A program made the position numbers and the translations under genes. From contig NC_043006.1 of assembly GCF_006345805.1 (NCBI RefSeq), forward strand, positions 92,008,001 through 92,072,000: DNA of 64,000 nucleotides. Reading direction: 5' to 3'. Positions 52,906 to 64,000 of this stretch are shown here, piece by piece (position 1 is the stretch's first letter; every line of letters begins with the position of its first letter). The notes beneath the pieces are model-generated. The model saw only the letters and a list, made by a program, of their open reading frames with translations. It did no database searches and had not been told where the DNA came from. The stretch comes from Octopus sinensis (taxonomy: Eukaryota).

Positions 52906-54648
52906 GTGTGTGTGTGTATAATAAAAATAGCGAGGGACTATCGATCCGGGAAAAATACATCATCAGCTGTCTGTTGGAACACCAGGCTAACAAAACTAGT
53001 GAGATTAGTGAATAACTCTTTTGGTGGGTTTCCAAGTTCCTCTGTTTTGTAAATCCGTGTATGGGATCCCGATAAACTGGCTTTTACCGAGTGGTATATA
53101 CGAAACAAGTTAAAAATGATGTTTATTAATATAATTAATTCCTTTATTGGAGCAAATCTATCATACAGCTGTTTTCAGTAGAATTTATAGGTACATTACT
53201 GATAAGTTTACTCAACTTGTCTATTCATCGATTGAGGCAAATAGTACGACCTAACAAAATGAATGCTAATTTTGCCAGGGAGAGTGGGAAAGAGTAGTGA
53301 GGGAAGAAGAGAGGAGAGAAAGAGAAATTGATAGAATGAACTATACACAAAGGCAGGGATTAAAACTCCTGACGACGGCACGTGAAACATTCAGGGGCGA
53401 CAATGTATACTAATTAACATATAAATACTTCTTTATATTTAATTATCACTTAATATATTTGTACATCAACTCTAAGTTCATATGCGAACGCACACAATCT
53501 CCGCCGCCATATGTATAATCATATGTGAATGTCTGTGAGAGAAACTTCGTCGCTGCAATATTTTTGTATGTACTTTATTTGTTTGTCTGAAAGATGTATA
53601 CATCTGCATTTGTTATTTTGGAGTTGACCAAAAATACTTAAAAATTATTATTGTGAATAGATTGTGTTTAGTTTTATTTTTCTGGGGAGAAAGATGCTAG
53701 TGACAATTGTATAAGGGAATTGTAAATTTACTTCTTCAAGAGTCGTTTATATTCTCAAAGTTGTTTGGCCGAAGCGGTCGTCGCTGATGATGAAATTCGG
53801 CGAGACATTCAAGTGACAATAATAGTAAAGAGTGCTAGAGTTTAAATCCACAATAAAGACAAGAATTTGTTGAAATAGTTTATTACATCATTAATTATGA
53901 GAATGTCTTATCTTGTGATAAATTACAGTCTAGACATCTGGAGTAGATGCATACTAAAGTGGTAAAAGCAAAGCGTTGATCAAACGTAGTTTCACAGCTA
54001 AATTGAAGAATGAAAACACCAAATTGTAAAACAGACAATTGTAAAAGCCAAACGAATAACCCTAATGATGCCTATTTTTGTTCACTAAAATCTCTTTGAT
54101 TCTGTTCTCTCTCTCTTTCTTACTTTCCTTTTATTTCTCTCTCTCTCTCTCCAATCTTACTTATCTAGCTATCAATCTCTCTAAATACACAAGCACACAT
54201 ACATATGTGTAATCATAAAGCTTTCGATGTGCTTTTCTTTCCCTCTCTTGATCTTTCTCTGTATTGATCCAAATATCAATAAAAAAATATGTAGATTTAT
54301 TCAAGTTTGTTGGCACCAGACACTCGTTCTGTCGCATAGTAAATGATTGAGAAGAATTAAACGGTGGCTTTTAGCGGAGCTTGTATATTAAAGAATACTT
54401 TTTTCTATATTCTTTAGATGTTTTCATTTATGTAGAAAATAAAACATAAAAGCTATACTATTATTAGGTTATAGCGTGTTGAATGCCCGAAGGTCGAACT
54501 GTAGCAAATATACAACACTGGTTGATATGATGATAGGAAACCTTTTAGAAAAAGGATTAGAACGCACGTAACACTGAGCGCATGCGGATACATGCATATA
54601 TGTACGAACATAAAGATGTACAGATACACACACACGCACACACATACG

Positions 54649-54690
<42 letters not shown>

Positions 54691-55738
54691 TTCACTCGCA
54701 CATATATGTTATATGCAATGCAAGTTTTAGCTTAAAATAGTAGCTTTTAATGCTTCATGTTTAATGTAAAAACATCGTTGTAGGTAAAATTTAGTGCGGC
54801 ATCCGCCATCCGATTGTTTAAGCCCATGGAGGCAGAAGTCCTCGTTCGCCGCATCTAGAAAGAGTACCACATCCCACCAATATACACGTAATGTGTTTTT
54901 AAACACGGCACATCTATATGGGGTTTTATCGTCGAATGAATACCGCTGTGAATACTGCCTATAACGAGGTTTTTGAAGTAATTAAGATACATGATTATAA
55001 ACACTTAATTTACTAACATGAACGGGGTCCCGGTAATCCATTACGTTAATAAATTGTAGGACAAACTAACAAAACAATAATGGATATTTCTCAAATAACA
55101 ATCCCCCACTTATTTGACATCAACTGTAAAATGACATACGCAAGCACAAAATACTCTTCAGGCTTAAAATGAAAAGAAGTAACTGAAGGATTTCCCGGAA
55201 TAAGATTCTCTGCATCCCCTAGCATATTACAAAACAATAAACTTAATTCAACTAACGCAAATAATATCAAAAGAAAACCTAATGCATCCCATACCTATGA
55301 TAATGATGAAAATTGTATTAATAATTAAATATTAGTACGGATCATTTTATTTGTTTTATTTTAATTTTTATTGTTAAAATATATCTTTGATAATAGTGTG
55401 TTTTCTCGTTCATTGTTCGGGAAAGATCATTTAATATACGAAATTTCTAACAGTATAGGTCTTTAAAGGCATTTTTCTCGGACGATAGATCGCAGTACTT
55501 GGCGTTTAAAAACCCACGTACTTTGAGTACGTGGTAGCGATAATTTTTACATTATAAAACTGTTTCTATTGCATAATCCCAATTTATACTATCTCTTTCT
55601 CTCGATATATACACATATATATACATACATATATACATGTATATATAAATATATATATATATGTGTATGTATGTATGCAAATATGCATGTATACAAATAT
55701 ATATATACAAACATACGCGCGCACACACACACACATAC

Positions 55739-55788
<50 letters not shown>

Positions 55789-55828
55789 CCAATTTGCATA
55801 TTTGCATACACATCTCTTAGATATTGTA

Positions 55829-56730
55829 GAGGGTGAGTCAAAAAGTAATGCCGTTTTCTTTATTTCATGGGAATTTTTATTTTATAAACATAACTGAAAA
55901 TTTTCCCAACTATAAATGATTATAAAATCTGAAATATTTTGTTTCTTACTTTTCGGGTTTTCAGACTGGTGAGGAAAATTCAAAATGGTTGCCCCTTTAG
56001 AGTTACGCCAAACACAAAGAGCAGTGATGGAATTTCTTGTTACTTGGAGGGAAACAATTGTAGACATTCTCCGACGATTACAAAATGTATTTGAGGACAA
56101 TACTTTAGCTTATGGCAATGTATGCAGGTGGGTCCGCCGTCTGAAAGATGAAAAGCTGGGAACCGCGAGTGCAGCCGATAAACCCCGTTCTGGCCGTCCG
56201 TCCGTCCGCTTCTGTGAATCCTGCCAATAAAGCAAAAGCAAATGCTCTGATCAGAGAAGACAGGTGCATAAGTCTTGATGAGTTGGCAGAAAACCTTGAA
56301 GTGAACCATGGAAGTGCTTACAACATTGTCGAATCACTTGGCTTTTCAAAATTGTGTGCCCGTTGGGTACTGAGAGCTGACTACCGAAAGCAAGACTGAC
56401 AGGATCAATGTCTGCATTGAACTTCTCGAACAAAGTCAAAGAGACAACACCACGAAGGAGGTTTTGAGGCAAACCTTATTCCAGTGACGAGGAAATGAAA
56501 ACTGTAGTGAAGAAGTGGCTCAAAAAACAGTCAACAGAATTTTGCGGGGCAGGGATACATACTCTCATTCGAAGGTTGAACATTGCTATTGACAGAGACG
56601 GTGACTATGTTGAGAAGTATGGATGTGAACTTCAGAGGACCAGCTTCCTTTTGATGTATGATACATGTTCCTGTGTTGGTAATTATACCTGTCCTAAACA
56701 AAATGACATTACTTTTTTGATTCACCCTCA
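55829..56730 (+). mobile_element. Internally deleted mariner (~900 bp)
   Basis: TIRs gagggtgagtcaaaaagtaatg / cattacttttttgattcaccctca, both TA-flanked. N-terminus QRAVMEFL...DKPRSGRP and C-terminus IAIDRDGDYVEK are present; the catalytic middle is missing. Confidence 0.9.
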
Positions 56731-57305
56731 TATTACAGACAAACTGCCTTTGTCTTTTGTGGAGTCCGTATGTGTAGTAGCATAGAATTGAATTTAAATA
56801 CTTTTCAAAATTTTACTTTTATTTTTACTGTTTCGAACAATTGGAATAACATTATTGAACAGCAGGAATGTTTCTTCACAGATACGAGGAGTTGGGATTT
56901 TTGATGTGGAATCTGTTGTCGATTCCTTTAAAAATAATTATGTTTCCAAGTTTTAATATCTTGGTCCAAGCTACTTTTCCGCACCATCTATCATATTTCT
57001 TTGGGGTTGGTTTTACAACTACGACATTTTATGATTATCGAACTCTATTATCCATCTACGACATGTAGTTGATACGATCAGCGTCACTTATGTATAAAAT
57101 ATGATTCGTCATCGTCCATTTTGGGTCTACGCTACCTCCACAAAATTACCCTAGGAGATAAATATTATCCAGTAATTACTTATCAGATTTCTTTATAAAA
57201 ATTCTCCGTATTTTGATTTTCCTCTCAGAAAGGATCAAAAAAGATCATTTTATTCCTTTTTCCATTTTCTTTTTCAGAAAATTATAATTAAACTCTGTAT
57301 TCTTC

Positions 57306-57696
57306 AGGGACAGATGTGGCTGAGTTTGTTTCCCAATCCCATGGCTCTGGGTTCAGTGCCACTGAATGGTATTTTAGTCAAATATCTCCTTGTATAGCCT
57401 CGGGTCGATTAAAGCTTTGTGAGTAAATTTGGTGGACGGAAAATGAAAGAAGCCTGTCGTCTCTCTCTACCTGTATGTGTGTGTCTTCGATTCTGTTTGT
57501 ATTTGTCCCCACCCCCTCCATTGCTTGACAACCAGTGTTGGTTGTTTACATCCCGTAAAACTAGAGGTTCGGCAAAAGTGACCGATAGAAAATGTGCCAG
57601 GTTTTAAAAGAAATTAGTGCGATCGATTCATTTGGCTAAACATTCTTGATGGCGGTGCTCCAGCGGTGCAACGACTGAAGCGGGTAAAAGATAAGA
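57306..57696 (+). mobile_element. Composite SINE family B, degenerate
   Basis: Head gggttcagtgccactg, tatagcctcgggtcga, and tail gacaaccagtgttggttg...ggcggtgctccagc. Confidence 0.75.
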
Positions 57697-57853
57697 TAAA
57701 AAACAATATTACGGAGATGTACCTGCATAGCAAGTGATTTGATCTGAGATCGTGTGCTGAAATGAAAACAATTGCAGCGTGGAAGGTGTTTGTAAGCCAT
57801 TTAAGAAACACACAAAAGCCGTTCGATTCACTTCAACATTTAAGTTTTAATTT

Positions 57854-57898
57854 GTCAAAATATTTTCGTCGCTTTACGACGGCGACGTGTTCACTGAC
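57854..57898 (-). ncRNA. Candidate minimal type I hammerhead, G3:C8-swapped core
   Basis: GUCA-GUGAACA-C-GUCGC(cgucguaaa)GCGAC-GAAA-AUAU-UU-UGAC. Confidence 0.65.
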
Positions 57899-57925
57899 TT
57901 TTGTGTGTTTCTTGAATGGCTTACA

Positions 57926-58276
57926 GAGAGGAGGAAGCACTCCGTCGGATATGACGATGAGGGTTCCGGTTGATCCGAATCAACGGAACAGCCTGCTCGT
58001 GAAATTAACGTGTAATCTCGGGGATATTCAGCGTGACACAGAGAGTGACAAGGCCGGCCCCTTGAAATACAGATACAACAGAAACAGGAAGTAAGAGCGA
58101 GAGAAAGTTGTGGTGAAAGAGTACAGCAGGGATTACCACCATCCCCTACCGGAGCCTCGTGGAGCTTTTAGGTGTTTTCGCTCAATAAACACTCACAACG
58201 CCCGGTCTGGGAATCGAAACCGCGATCCTATGACCGCGAGTCCGCTGCCCTAACCACTGGGCCATTGCGCCTCCCC
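57926..58276 (-). mobile_element. Full-length tRNA-derived SINE (family C)
   Basis: A box TGGCCCAGTGG and B box GTTTCGATTCC; 10-bp TSD atggcttaca at 57916-57925 and 58277-58286. Confidence 0.92.
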
Positions 58277-58689
58277 ATGGCTTACAAACACCTTCCACGC
58301 TGCAATTGTAAAAAACAATATTTTTCGGTAAAATACGCGTCACATTTTTTAAATAAAAGAAGAAACAAACAAAATGGAGCTGAAACAAAAATGCAGGGTT
58401 GACTTATACCCTTTTCTGTCAACCTTGGTTAATAGTCAAGAAATATCTAAATTTAAATGTTATTTACAATAAATGTCCAGTATAATAATTTTATGGAACT
58501 CAGAATGACGAACAATAGCCGTTATGGTCGGATTCGAACTTGTAACATAAGATGGAACTAAATATAACGAAGCGTCTCTCTCGATCCTTCATAGATACAG
58601 AGATTATTAGGTTTGTATTAAAGAACTTTAATAGAATTCGTTGAAACAACTGCAATTTTTTTTCTTTTTCGTAATGTAACACCTTTCGT

Positions 58690-58921
58690 AAGGCGGTGAG
58701 CTGGCAGAACCTTTAGCACACTGGGTGAAATGCTTAGCATTATTTCGTCTGCCGTTGCGTTCTGAGTGCAAATTCCGCCGAGGTCGACTTTGCCTTTCAT
58801 CCTTTCGGGGTCGATAAATTAGGTACCAGTTACGCACTGGGTTCGATATAATCGACTTAATGCGTTTGTCTGTCCTTGTTTGTCCCCTCTGTGTGTAGCC
58901 CCTTGTGGGTAGTAAAAAAAA
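58690..58921 (+). mobile_element. tRNA-derived SINE family A, full length
   Basis: Head, core and tail (tttagccccttgtggg type) all present. Confidence 0.92.
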
Positions 58922-59267
58922 ATGTCTGGCCTTGAGTAGGAAAGAATATAATACTCTTTTCGCAGTAAACATAAAGATATATTTGAGAGATCAACAGATA
59001 TTCAAAATTCAGTAAGTGTGCAGCTTCTTACCGTTGAAATGGGAATGAAGCACTTAAACAAACATTACAGGTAATAAATGAAACTTGAAGGTGATATAAG
59101 TAAACTGAGAAACCCTCTCGGCAAGTTCAAATGTTATGAAGGTTAATGGGATTATTTTATAGTATTTTTGCAACATAAAATGTAGCTGAGAAATATGATC
59201 GATAATAAATTCCCAGTGTTGTCATTAAACCCTTGAAAAGAATATTAATTCCGATATTGTTTCGAAA

Positions 59268-59425
59268 GGACGGCATTTCGTGCGTCTTCCCGTTCTGAGT
59301 TCCCATTCTGCCGGGGTCGACTTTCATCCTTTCGCGAATCGACAAAATAAAAACAAATTAGAATGGAGTCAACCTAATCGACTTGGCCGCTCCTCCGAAA
59401 CTGACGGCCTTGTGCCAAAATGTCA
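59268..59425 (+). mobile_element. Degenerate SINE family A
   Basis: gttctgagttccc...gtcgactttcatcctttcg. Confidence 0.65.
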
Positions 59426-61140
59426 CATCAATATTATTGCAAAAGGTGGAAGTTGTCTATGAGTCGTTGAATTAACATACTATTTTTCAGTAGGAAAGAA
59501 ACATTAACTAATTAAAATGAAATGGTGAGCTTCAAATTCCATCACGCCAGACTTTACTAACGCGGTCAATAAAATAAGTAACAGCTGAACACTTAGGGGG
59601 CGACTTATTATTAACCTCAAAATTTCAGATCTTGTACCTCTAGCAGAAAGAATTATTTACTATAAAAATGAATTTGTTTTTGAAAACATACACAGTTTGT
59701 TTTTGCATTCAGAAACATCCGTGCATTGTTGAAACACTTGCCAGCAGATAAGGCGCTCCGTAAAATAAGAAATTCTTCTGCAATCTCGTACAGTACAAAA
59801 TATTTATATATTATGTTATATTAAAGTATGATTTAAACTTTTCCTGCATAAACCGAAGCGTAAAGATATACATTAACCTTTACGTATAGTCACTTGAGAA
59901 TGACATGAGCAAGTTCCATACCGAAACGTCTTATCACCTAAATTTGTATTTGTAAGCTCGTTTAAGAAGGAAGATAGTTGATTTCATATGCATTCCCAAT
60001 CTGCTTATAATGGAGATACATGTGAATATAACACTCCATGCTCCTGCGAATTTTCTATGTATATCATTGTAATAACCAAGAAAAAAGCAACAAGAATGGA
60101 TTAGTAGTTTAGTACAATTGTTTCATACTAAGAACAATTTTATTTGAAGCTGCAAATATTGCAGCAAATACAAATGTCCAGTATTCATCAGCTAAATCAC
60201 ATATATGTTTTCCAGACATCCTAGATAGTTTGATTATCCTCATGAAGTATTAGGAGTGAGTTCTATGAAATTTAAAGTCAAATTATAAGTAGACTTAAAA
60301 TGCTTTCTAATGATGCACAGTTTTATAAAAAGTTTTTAAAAAGATTAACTTCCCAGAGAAGGTGAATCCATCCATAAAAATGTAGATACAATTTCCGGTG
60401 ACATGAGGAAAGCTGCTGGTCACACACCGGTTCATTTCACAACTAAGCTGTTGCAAACAGAATTTGGTTGTAGTAGCAAGAAAGTCAGCGAAGTAGATTC
60501 AGCCCAAATAAAGGACATAATGGGAGGAAGGGAGTAGAGGAGTAAGAAGACATAAATATACCATAGACAAAGGTTAGTTTATTTCTGTGGTGACAGAAAA
60601 TCTAGGTCAGTGTTGAAGGAATCTTAGATTTATAAAGGAACATTAAGTTTGACCACCACCTGCTAAGAACTGAGACCCTCACAGAGTTAATGGTAGGATA
60701 AAGAATACAGAGATATCAGAGGAAAACATTAAAGGGGTCAAAGGCTATCAGTAGAGGAAGATACAGTAAGAAAGTTAAGGGTAACACTAGAATAGAAGGT
60801 TATTTATTTATTATTGTTTCTATTTTAACATATGTATATATTGTAAGAAAGAATTTTGGTCAACATCTAGAGGTCAAATAAGTTCAATAGTAAATGGCGG
60901 GAGAAGTTTGTTTATTCAAAGTATATAGAGAAAATTACTTGTATCCTTAAGGGAATAGTATTATTTATTAAATTTAGAATAGAATTAGGGAATATTATCA
61001 AAATTTATATGATTTAAGTTAGGTTAATCAAATTGACTATATAGACAATTAAATTAGCATCGTACAAATACTATTTATTTTTATAATTAAAAGGTACAGT
61101 TAGAAAGAAAGAACACCAGTGGAAGAGCCTACAGATTTCA

Positions 61141-61290
61141 ATTTAAAATATTTTAGAGTTTTGATTTTTGAGTGAATACAAGAGAACCTAACTCTATACG
61201 GTTATTCTATACGATTTCTATTTAAAATATTTTAGAGTTTTGATTTTTGAATGAATGCAAGACCCACCTAACTCTATACGGTTATTCAAT
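61141..61290 (+). repeat. Tandem duplication (~78-bp period) of the PLE ORF end
   Basis: atttaaaatattttagagttttgatttttga...cctaactctatacggttattc occurs twice. Confidence 0.85.
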
Positions 61291-62577
61291 AGGTTTTTAT
61301 TTTTTCTATGCTTTAGAATTTCATATGTCTCCATGGAGCAGAGTTGGAAACCTACCCTATTATTTTTATAAAGCATTGCCTTTTTAACTATTTCCCATTT
61401 TAGGTTATATTTAATATTATTAGTTTTGAGTTCCCAAATCTTACTGGAAAGTGTGGTACAGCCAGCTTTATGACATAACTTAAAGGAGAAGAGATGATTG
61501 CTAATTCTTTGCTAAAATTTTATAGTACAACCCAGATAAAAGAATTTGCTATTCGCAGTAGTTATAGTACATTTATAGATTACATTATGGGCCCCACACA
61601 GACCAGATGCCGGGCATTTTGACTTAATTCTACAATTGCAACTAGGGGGATAATTTTCAGATTTAGAATTATTTAAGGATAGATCTTTCATATTGCTGCT
61701 ATTCAAATTATTATGAGTATTATTTTCGTTATCTATATATATAAAACTGTAGTTGTGTGAGTGTCTGTCTCCTACGATTTAGATTCCTAACTCCTCCCAC
61801 ATTTTGCGGTGCAGTTTAACCAAATTCGGGTATCTTATAGTCGTGATTAATATCGAGCCCGTCTGGCTATTAGTGCGCGTCTACGATGAGTCTACGATTT
61901 TAAAAATAATTTAACATCATTTTTTATTCCATTTTAATGCATAATTTTTCGTGTGTCGATGTCGGCGGAGTTGGCGTCCACGCTCAAACACCTGCACCTG
62001 TTTGCTTCTCCCCTTCTTCCCTCCCTCGTGAAGCTGTGGGGAAGGGAGTTTAAGGAAATCAACGTCGTAATGCGTTGTCAAGGAGACCAGCGTTCTTTTA
62101 GAACAACGACTTCATGGCTTGAAGACACCAAAACAGAAATGGCTAAGAAAGCCCGAATTGGCATCTATAAGGGAAGTAACTCTCTAAAAATGCTTATATA
62201 GTTATTTCCCTTACAAACCCGAGCAACGCCGGGTGATACTGCTAGTTATAGATAATATTGTTATCTGAAGTTGTGTTACCATTTATCGATCCATTTATAC
62301 TATCATTTAGATCTACTATAGCCATATCATAATTATCAACATTATTGGTATTGCTATTATTATTGTTTGTATTAATATCCGAATGCTTATTACTGCTATA
62401 GATATCATTGTTATCTTCATTCCCGATATTATTTCTATTTGTATTGCTCATATTATTATCATTATTATTATTCCTATTAATATCAATATCATTATTAGTT
62501 ATTCCATTGCTATTGATGCTGCACTTATTTCGATAATTGTTATTATTGTTGTTATTATTTTTATATCATTGTAATAT

Positions 62578-62580
<3 letters not shown>
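61190..62580 (-). mobile_element. Decayed PLE 3' ORF (Asn-rich linker, CxCx5C motif, GIY-YIG), split by a Helitron-type insertion
   Basis: SCNCRIKSKCPASGLC..NVIYKC..FYLGCT..F.QRISNH..SF...TLSSKIWELK...KWEIVKKA...LLNNRIEL. The reading continues across 61732-62245. Confidence 0.8.
61732..62245 (+). mobile_element. Non-autonomous Helitron
   Basis: A|TC start, CTAG|T end, subterminal hairpin cccgagcaacgccggg, no TSD. Confidence 0.85.
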
Positions 62581-62620
<40 letters not shown>

Positions 62621-62629
62621 TATAGCATA

Positions 62630-62899
62630 TTACGGAGGTGTACTTGCATAGCAAGTGACCTGATCTGAGATCGTGTGCTGGAATGAAAACAATTGCAACG
62701 TGGAAGATGTTTATAAGCCATTTCAGAAACACGCTTTGAGACCGCGACCTGTTCACTGGAATATGGCAGCACGGAATTTTATCAGTGAACAGGTCGCGGT
62801 CACAAAGCGACGAAAATATTTTGGCAAATTAAATTAAAATTTTGAAGTGAATCTAACGGTTTCTTAAATGGCTTATAAACACCTTCCACGCTGCAATTG
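62630..62899. mobile_element. Small TSD-flanked element with a variant hammerhead (copy 2)
   Basis: 12-bp TSD tattatagcata at 62618-62629 and 62900-62911; same termini as copy 1. Confidence 0.85.
62781..62825 (+). ncRNA. Candidate minimal type I hammerhead, G3:C8-swapped core
   Basis: AUCA-GUGAACA-G-GUCGC(ggucacaaa)GCGAC-GAAA-AUAU-UU-UGGC. Confidence 0.6.
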
Positions 62900-64000
62900 T
62901 ATTATAGCATAGTTATTTAATTCTTTTTTTATATATTTAAGAATGTAGATTCGGAGTTAATTATATTATCATGTGATTCAATGCAGTGGTTCTCTATGTT
63001 AGTAGAAATAAGATTTGTATGGCATTAATGAAAAGATTCCGTAGAGAAGGTGGGTAGAACTTCACAATTTAAGTTTTTTGCGGTACCATTCGCTTCACGC
63101 GAATATTCAGTAAAAACATTAACATAACTTAAATGCAATAATCAAACTTTACGAAGCAATGGGGCTGTCAGTATGCTATAAACGGTTTGAGTGCAGTGAA
63201 TAAAAATCGATTCTGTATTGTAACCAGATGAAAGTTTCGATTTGTGCAAGTTTAATTTCAGCCAGGTTTACCTTAACCAGTGCCGTTGTAGTAATTCATA
63301 AAGAGGAAACAAAGCCAACACGTTTGAGGAATACTGCAGATTCAATCTACGCTACTAATTTTCAATTAGTTATTTATTTTATCGACTCAGAATAACTGAA
63401 ATCCTATTTAGCATTTGTGAGATTTGAAGCTAAAACACCAGGAAGCCTAACCAAGGCTCGGCCTAGTCCTTCAGTCTAGCTTTCTCATCTTTGATTTATA
63501 ATTCAGATATATTGGGATTTGTCTCATAGGTACAATGCAACACACTATGAGAAAGTGTCCTTAATTATTATATTAACTTCTGTATTTACTTGATTAGTAA
63601 TTATATTATCGGTTATGAAATATTGAAAGGCAACTTCAATCCTGGTGGAATACGAACTCTGAACATAAAGGAATGTCACTAAATACCACAATAAATTTTG
63701 TATAGAACTGTACTGTTTATTCCAAACCAACGCTTTGGTAACACAAATATTTTGAGAATGCATTAAATGAATATTTACCGTCTCTTTCTAATTTATCTAA
63801 TAACTCTTTCAAATCTCATTTTTCTTTGTCGATAATGGATAAAATTCCCATTAATATTTATCTTTCATTATGGTATTATTTTAACATTATTACATTCTTA
63901 TTCTACATTACTTTATGATTTAAAAAAAAATTAATGATGTTATGCTTGTAGCGCCATGAAACCTGAGTTTTCCTTCTTCTCCTGCATCCGGAGCCAAATT

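Larger units (their letters stand above)
57711..58308. mobile_element. Small TSD-flanked element with internal inverted repeats and a variant hammerhead (copy 1; contains a nested SINE)
   Basis: 14-bp TSD taaaaaacaatatt at 57697-57710 and 58309-58322; same termini as 62630-62899. Confidence 0.85.

Noticed and set aside
53155-53210. GAAAACAGCUGUA with a UAUCA/UGAUA stem I on the minus strand
   Set aside because: The core reads GUAAUGU and stem II is ambiguous; too decayed to call.
57926-58276. tRNA gene calls for SINE heads
   Set aside because: A/B boxes are followed by SINE body and TSDs; no complete cloverleaf.
59890-59935. UUGAGAA...CAUACC-GAAA-CG-UC, a possible U3:A8 hammerhead
   Set aside because: Stem I does not pair and stem II has two mismatches; single example.

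Overview
AT-rich, microsatellite-dense eukaryotic DNA made almost entirely of repeats. The SINE families and (TA)n/(CA)n/(TACA)n density suggest an octopod cephalopod (inference from recall, not a search). No intact host gene can be supported; most listed ORFs are microsatellite artefacts. Contents: a near-complete Penelope-like element (PLE; RT plus C-terminal GIY-YIG, Neptune-like linker) bracketed by 479-bp inverted repeats (41627-45615), two decayed PLEs with a CxC-type linker, a full-length decayed mariner plus three mariner derivatives, R4/Dong, CR1 and APE-LINE fragments, two Helitron-type non-autonomous elements, about 20 tRNA-derived SINE copies, and long fold-back palindromes. Main hunt result: several minimal type I hammerhead ribozyme folds with palindromic stem III and family-specific non-canonical cores. 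These are GUGAACA (C3:G8 swapped to G3:C8) in a small TSD-flanked mobile element present twice, CCGAAGA (U4C) in the PLE terminal repeats, plus CCAAUGA and CUGUAGA. One palindrome turns exactly at a hammerhead stem II loop. All alignments and folds were done by eye; none was tested or searched.
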